Shown one piece after another: positions 57,634 to 64,000 of a DNA stretch of 64,000 nt. The first letter of the stretch is position 1, and every line of letters starts with the position of its first letter. The stretch comes from Nemertoderma westbladi. Its lineage: Eukaryota > Animalia > Xenacoelomorpha. The stretch is from the NCBI GenBank assembly GCA_032718475.1, contig JAUCBJ010007214.1, positions 1-64,000 of the forward strand. The letters are read 5' to 3'. A program made the position numbers and the translations under genes. The notes below the pieces were generated by a model. That model saw only the letters and a program-made list of their open reading frames with translations. It was not told the DNA's origin and did not search any database.

Positions 57634-59124
57634 GTGTCGGATAGGTTTCTGACAGAGAAGATCAGTTATCAAGAGCATGAAGAAACCAATAAGCAGATAC
57701 TGAGACTCCTGCAATGCTATGAAGATCCCAATAAGTATTTCCTGTTGTTGAGAAATCCACAGATGCGCTTAAGGGATCGTTTCTCTAGCACCATGATAGA
57801 TGGCTTAATACGTGTTGGAGGGAGACTAACTAATGCTCCATTATCCTTTGACACTAAGTTTCCCACACTCATTAGAAATCTTGAAATACAAATCAAGATG
57901 ATTGTAGATGTTCACGGTAGGCTTTACCATGCTGGTAGAGAACGAGTTCTTAGCGAAATTCGAACTCGCTATTATTTCCATAAGCCCCGTAGAGCTCTGA
58001 ACCAAGTTCTTAGGAACTGTATACCCTGTAGGAAAGCATTCAGTAGGCCTTTAACACAGCGAGAGGCAGAATTACCTAGGGAATGAGTAAGCTTCTATGA
58101 ACCACCCTTTACTAATACTGGTGTGGATTTATTTGGCCCTATTGAAGTATATCGTGCTAGGACTATAGTCAAGCGATGGTGTGTCAACTTTGTCTGTATG
58201 ACTTGTAGAGCGATCCATCTAGATATGGTGAACGATCTATCTACCAACAGCTTCATACTGAGTTTACGCCGACAGATCGCTCGCTTTGGAACTAGCAACA
58301 CGATGAGATCTGATAAGGGAACGAACTTTATTGGCACCAATAACGAGATCAAAGCTTACGTTAAAGATTGGAACCAAAGACAGGTGGACGATCAGCTAAG
58401 AGTAACAGCATCTAGCTGGACCTTCAACGCCGCCGACGCCCCTTGGTGGGGAGGAAGTTGGGAGAGAGTAATAAGAAGCGTGAAGACCGCATTTCACTTT
58501 ATAGTGCCATGCCGCGCGTATCTCACCAACAACCTTTTGTGGACGTTAATGGAAGAAATCGCCGCCTATCTTAACGAGAGACCGCTTATGCCAGTCTCAT
58601 CGAGTCCCGACTCCCTAGAAGCGCTAACACCCGCGCATTTCCTACTGAAGAAACCTGTAGCCATGCTCCCACAATCGGAAATCACGGACGGAGACGCATA
58701 CTGCCGACAAACTTGGCAACTCATGCAGTTATTATCCCGTCGTTTCGCTGACCATTTCGAAAAACATTATCTGCCTACGCTACAACTTCGAACCAAGTGG
58801 TTTGCGCAGCAAGAAAACGTCAGCGCCGGAGACATGGTCCTTATTGTGGAATCAGATCTTCCACGTAAGCGATGGCAGACAGGTCGTATCATCGAGACTC
58901 ATATATCCAATGATGGTTTAGTGCGATCGGTAGAACTCGTCCTCATGCGACGTAACTTTAAGAAACCTGGAATTGTATTCGAAACACAACAACTCAATCG
59001 CCCAGTTGGTCGTTTATGTTTACTGGAAAGAGACAGAGAACTATCCGGAAACTTTGGAAGGCAAGATACCCTTCCCACGACCACCTCCCTAATCCAACAA
59101 ACATCTAGGGACTCCCCAACGTAA
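57634..59124 (+). pseudogene. pol: Integrase of element C
   Basis: GLIRVGGRL, H..LYHAG..CIPC, DLFGP, SDKGTNF, APWWGGSWERVI. Confidence 0.95.
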
Positions 59125-59645
59125 CAGCGTCTGGAGTGGGTGTGTGACTACATTATTTCATATCTGTTTTTTATTATTTTATATTTATGTATGTATTATT
59201 ATGTAATTTTATTATAATCGTTTTCTTTTATTTTATTTAGTAGAATATTATTTTAGCGATTATTCAGTAGATTAGTGCAATATATATTCATGTTTATTAC
59301 TTAATTACTTAGCATTATATTTAGTGTAACGGCGAGAAATAATTCTTTTTCTCTTTCCTTACTGTCCGATCATGTTATAAATACGTAACTACAGTAAGAT
59401 GAAATGTCCGTACTTATTAAAGTACAATACCGCTCCTACTATACTCAAGTATTATTGGTAAGTAGAGTATTAGGAGTGCAAAGTTCAGATCCTCGTGTCT
59501 CGGCTAAACCAAGCTCTGGGTAGACCTTGGAAACGACTTGCCTCTTCTCACTGACATTGCTTCTTGCAATATTGCTCTCATACAGTATAATAAATAATAC
59601 TTATAGTAGAATGATGTCCATTTAACAAAAACGCAAAATAAATCT

Positions 59646-60255
59646 TTGAACCTCCGGACAATCGAGCGGATCTTGTCCGTCGTATGGTACACCGGTCGGT
59701 CAACCTACGCGCTAGACCTTTACCGAACTCATTTTATGGGATTAAAGACCACCCCTATTATGTCAATTTAACTCAATATTATATGGTGAAACAGGAAGAT
59801 CCTACATACAGTTTCAAGTTTCTACCATTGATAAATCCCATGGTGACTTATTCATAAACTCACATCCAGAGCTACAGGAAGTTCATAGACAACCCTATGA
59901 ATATAGAGCCCGAGAACGCGAGTTAGAAAGAACCATCAAACCGAGGAAATTTCTCACTACTCACGGTCCACCTACCGCTCTAGTGCAAACGACCCGTCAG
60001 GGACCAGTAAGAGCTGCTGTCTTGAAACGCGCTCTAAAGGTTGTTCGACCTCGTTCCGCTGAGGTTGATATCAATCAACCGGGTACCTCGACCGGCGGAT
60101 ACACCGACCGTAACCCTAAACCTTCCGATGCAATTGTATTGCACCCCTCACCCAGGAGTTATAGCCCTCCTAGTAAAGTGGCTCGCCCCAAAGAGAAAAG
60201 GACTCTTGCTAGCCTCAAAAAACTTCGTAAACACCGTTCACGTAAGAAGGACTAA
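59646..60255 (+). pseudogene. Deletion remnants of the accessory exonuclease ORF in element C
   Basis: 59646-59717 matches A ~4838-4907; ~59840-60330 matches A ~2597-3087; the intervening exonuclease and knuckle coding region is missing. Confidence 0.85.
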
Positions 60256-60333
60256 TTGTTTAGAGTATTTTTATATTTTAGAAACTGTGATTTTTTATAT
60301 TTTATAGAATTAAATCCCATTTTCTGGGAGTGG

Positions 60334-60725
60334 TGTAAAATCTTTTGTGGACATAACAAGTCATTTTTCCCAGCAATGCGCAGTGTAGGTGCTTTAGCGG
60401 ACATAATCAGTCATTTTTGCCGCAATGCGCATAATACTCTAAAAGATTTGAGCTCAGATGATGAAATCTGTCAGCTGGTTTCCTGTAAACGTGGAACTTT
60501 TCTTTGTTCTGCCTAATCAGCCAATCAGAGCGATTTTCACTTTATTTCTGATAGAGGCCTATGGAAAACCGCGCAATGCATTACGGTCTTTGTTTACCTT
60601 TCAGACGCTTACGGCGGATGTAACTTCAGTACATTAAATAATCGATATAGGCTAAAGTCGATTTATAAACAAGAGGACAACTAAAATTGGCAGGTTAAAC
60701 TGCTAAAGGTCTAAAAGCGTGAACA
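60334..60725 (+). repeat. 3' LTR of element C with ~800-bp internal deletion
   Basis: Matches 22016-~22283, then jumps at ~60603 to ~23090-23214. Confidence 0.92.
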
Positions 60726-60829
60726 AATGTTGTGCCGACAGTGTTGGCATTACGTTATACTGACAGTGTCGGCGTTGCATTACCCCCCCCCCCCCCCCCT
60801 CTCAAAATGATCGAACAAATGTTTCCAAG

Positions 60830-60950
60830 ATGCTGAGCGAATTCGGCATAAAGTCCAACTCTATCGATGTTTTCCATCGTTTTGGTCCTGTTAAGGGCCT
60901 TGGCACTCACCCTATTATCGTGAAATTCTTGGGTCACGCTCATCACATCA
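60830..60950 (+). pseudogene. Possible fragment of a LINE (CR1/L2/L1-type) ORF1 RRM region
   Basis: SIDVFHRFG...HPIIVKF resembles the IDxAHRxG...RPIIVKF motif of LINE ORF1p. Confidence 0.5.
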
Positions 60951-61804
60951 CTATCATCACATCACGCTCCTCGCAACCATGCTCAATTGACCTCATACCT
61001 AACAACAGGTTCGCCTCTCTTGTTAATCCTGATGATAGCAATGAGTAGCTTTCTGTGATTTGAACTGTGTCAATATTCTGCGACATTGCAATTTTTTTCT
61101 AAGGATTTGTTTTTTCCTTGCTCAGTTTAGTGAGTTTTATTTTCGTTCGGTTTGTTGGTTTTGGAGGAGCGAGATAGAGAAGGAAGGCTTGCGAGCCTAC
61201 CGTTAGCGATTAGCGCTCAGGAGAAGATATCCAGACCAGCAGGACGAACTTTTAAGCTCGTCAGGAGGACACTTTAAAACTTATTTGGAAGTTATTAGCG
61301 TATTATGTTTATTTTATATTTAGACTGATTTAATTTGGTGGAAGTTTATTATGTATATTTGTAATATATAAAGATTTATTGAAAGATTTGAAATTATTTG
61401 TTCTAATTTGTTTTGATCTAATTTGTTTAATTTGTTTATCTTGATAACCGAAAGCTTTTTTTGTATTTTAGGCACTAAAGTTAATTGGTAAATTTGTATT
61501 TTGTATGTATGATAGATTGTATTTACGCCGTACCTGCAATATTAAGTATGCAATAATTAGATAGTGATTATTTTATATTTTAGGCCCTACCAGTAGATTT
61601 AGAAGTATTTTGTAAATAGCTTATATTTCGATTGGTGAAAACAGTCTTACTTACTGTTTTCATGGAGCGGTGATGAATTATTTCACTATAAGATAGCATT
61701 TGTAGTTTAACTTTAACGTAAAAACTTTCGAAAATCCGACGCATTTTGATTAAGTTACAGTAATGTAATATGCCTATTAATATTTGTACACATAAAACCC
61801 CTAG

Positions 61805-61886
61805 TTCCTCTCGTGGCGTAGTGGTCAGATGGTTAAGGCGTTGGTTGCATTATGGATAGGTTACGAGTTCGAATCCCAGTCGGGAA
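61805..61886 (+). other. tRNA-derived (SINE-head-like) sequence with Pol III A and B boxes
   Basis: TGGCGTAGTGG at 61814-61824 and GAGTTCGAATCC at 61865-61876; does not fold into a clean cloverleaf. Confidence 0.65.
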
Positions 61887-61933
61887 ATTTGTATTTTGGG
61901 GCAATTTATTTTCATTTGGTATAAATTGGTAAG

Positions 61934-62097
61934 CCAATGAGGTGCGTACAACAGATCGAACGATGAGTTGGGCCAATCATAGGGCATAGAACATCTTATT
62001 GCTCCAATGTGAGGCCATGGAATACTCTAGAAGGTTCTAGTGGATTCTATGTCCCAGATTTAGTATATAAAGGCTGGTTTGCCTTTGGTTATCATTC
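61934..62097 (+). promoter_or_regulatory. LTR-like Pol II promoter (3x CCAAT, TATATAAA, TCATTC initiator)
   Basis: CCAAT at 61934, 61973 and 62004; TATATAAA at 62064-62071; TCATTC at 62092-62097. Confidence 0.4.
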
Positions 62098-64000
62098 ACA
62101 ATTATCACAGGCCACTGTTATTCTTGCTTAGTTATTTGTTTCTTGTTGAAACTATTTGGTAAATATGTTTTGATAAATCTTTGCTAAACTGTAAAATACA
62201 CTGTAAACTTCTGAACATGCCTTTTTCTGAACGTCCAACTTTGGGATAGCCAAGCATCGGAAAGATGGCCACCTAGACCGTTAGGCCGTCAGCAACGCAG
62301 GGAAAGGATGTCCACAACACGCTAAGCGCCCACATTAGATTAGACCGCGCACCCCCTTCGCCCTACGAAATACTCTACCTTGCCATGCAGCGTCCGACTT
62401 CCGAGGAAGGTAAGACTTTGTTCGACGCCCTTGCCCGACGTAAGACCTATAGATCAGGGTAAGCGTGACGCCGTCCTGGGACGCCGCAAATTTAGTATCA
62501 AATAATTATATTTTACGCAGAAACCCCCTTTGTCAGTCCTGCAAACCCCTGGGCTACCTGTATATCTCACAGGTAGAAGCGAGCTATTGCCATCCGTCAG
62601 TACGCGAGTACATATTAGGTGCAGACAGCATATGTTCCATAATTTAGTAATTCGCAAACTGACCGTTTGGTACCGGTTCGCTTTGTAGAATATACATTAG
62701 TACACCCCCCCCCCCTGCCTGAAGTTAGTTATTTGATCAGGCAAGGAGTATTTCTGCTACCGGCACACCGCTTGGCCTAGGGAGGTTTTATTAATATCCT
62801 ACCGCGCCTTGCCACGTACTGATAGGTATTTGCTGCTAACTACCGCAGCAACAAAGTTCTAGAATCAAATTTGTATACCAGATCAGCTAACGTACGGTAG
62901 CAATTAACCCCTATTTCTTATCTTACAACCAGAATCTGGGATTAGTGCCGATCACGGGTGTAGTTACTAACACCGTGGTTGCCCAGTTGAGTTGTGGATA
63001 GGAAGGAGAGAGCTTTGACGTCATTTGTAAGTATAAAGTTCTACAAAACGCGACTAGCTTATTTTAGTAGCTAGCGCACAGTATTGTTTTGGTCAGAAAA
63101 TTACTAAAACCTAGTAAAATGGTATACACCAAAATTGTTTTATTGTAACACACCCACACACACACGCCCTAAAACATATTTACCCTTAGAGTTCCTACTA
63201 GATAGCGCAATTTAGATTTAGGCAGAATTTATCTGTATTTGTAAAATTAGGATCTGATATTTAGTTACGGCAAAAAGGAGTATTTCATTTTCGTTATTAA
63301 ACTGTTGTTTTCTGCGCAGCAGTATTGTTACATTAGGCACGACCCTCTTTAGACTGATTAAGGACTGAGATCAGTATTGTAACGCTAGGGCCGTAAACCA
63401 CCTAGCTCGTATATAAACCATATAAATCACACCGCGGCAAGTTACGGTATTTAGGACTGTCAGCGATAGTTAGGATTCGCTGCGCAGGGATTGTTTTCCC
63501 GTGAGTTTGGTCTGTTACTGTAACTGTACATCTGCCATACCGGTTAGAGGACAGGTATCCTTTTGTCTAGTTCGTAGGCATTAGACCCGCTCACGTACAT
63601 AGAATAGACACCAGGCTCTGCTCCTCGCCAGTAGTAGTTTGTGTATTGTATCTGTTTGTTTAGATATCCTGGACTGGGATTTGTTGTCAGATACTGTACG
63701 AGCCCGTTTCATTACTAGAGTCTTACAGTAAGATACATCGTTACTAGGATCTGGTAAGCGGTATACTACTGGACTTTACGGTTAGAGATATTCTATAGCT
63801 TCGTATTAGTAGATTTGTAGGCCGTAGGGTAGTCCCTACCGTAGAGGACACAACAATATATATATTATCTTTATAAACATATGAACACATGTCATGTTCG
63901 CAACAGTGCAGGTTTGGGCAGATTTACCAAGAATATATTAAAGTATAATATTGAAATTAATTATGATTTTGTTGCAGCATTATTTCTGATATAATTTATA

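Noticed and set aside
61180-61275. Hammerhead ribozyme (minus-strand CTGACGA plus hairpins)
   Set aside because: The GAAA core after stem II is missing; only short hairpins are supported.
61805-61886. Functional tRNA gene
   Set aside because: A and B boxes are present, but the D-arm is partly duplicated and acceptor and anticodon stems do not pair well.

Overview
Eukaryotic, probably invertebrate (inferred), transposon nest with no recognisable host gene. It holds three BEL/Pao LTR retrotransposons. Element A (1464-21633, minus strand, TSD CCTAT) sits head-to-head with a relative, element C (22016-60725, plus strand). A distant-family element B (23330-45259, minus strand, TSD TTTTG) is nested in C's leader. 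A carries a 5'-truncated CRE-like non-LTR insertion. C carries a CACTG-ended (CMC/EnSpm-like) DNA transposon with a PWWP-domain ORF. B contains a ~9-kb pure (AACT)n tract that grows out of a hairpin minisatellite. Two features recur in both BEL/Pao families. (1) There is no tRNA primer-binding site; the 11 nt after the 5' LTR are instead perfectly complementary to a sequence inside the element's own LTR, as in Tf1-type self-priming. (2) An extra ORF at the env position encodes a DEDDy/RNase D-WRN-type 3'-5' exonuclease fused to CCHC zinc knuckles. Together these suggest a tRNA-independent, possibly exonuclease-assisted priming system in BEL/Pao elements. All copies are decayed by frameshifts, stops and deletions. 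Alignments were made by eye; no database searches were run.
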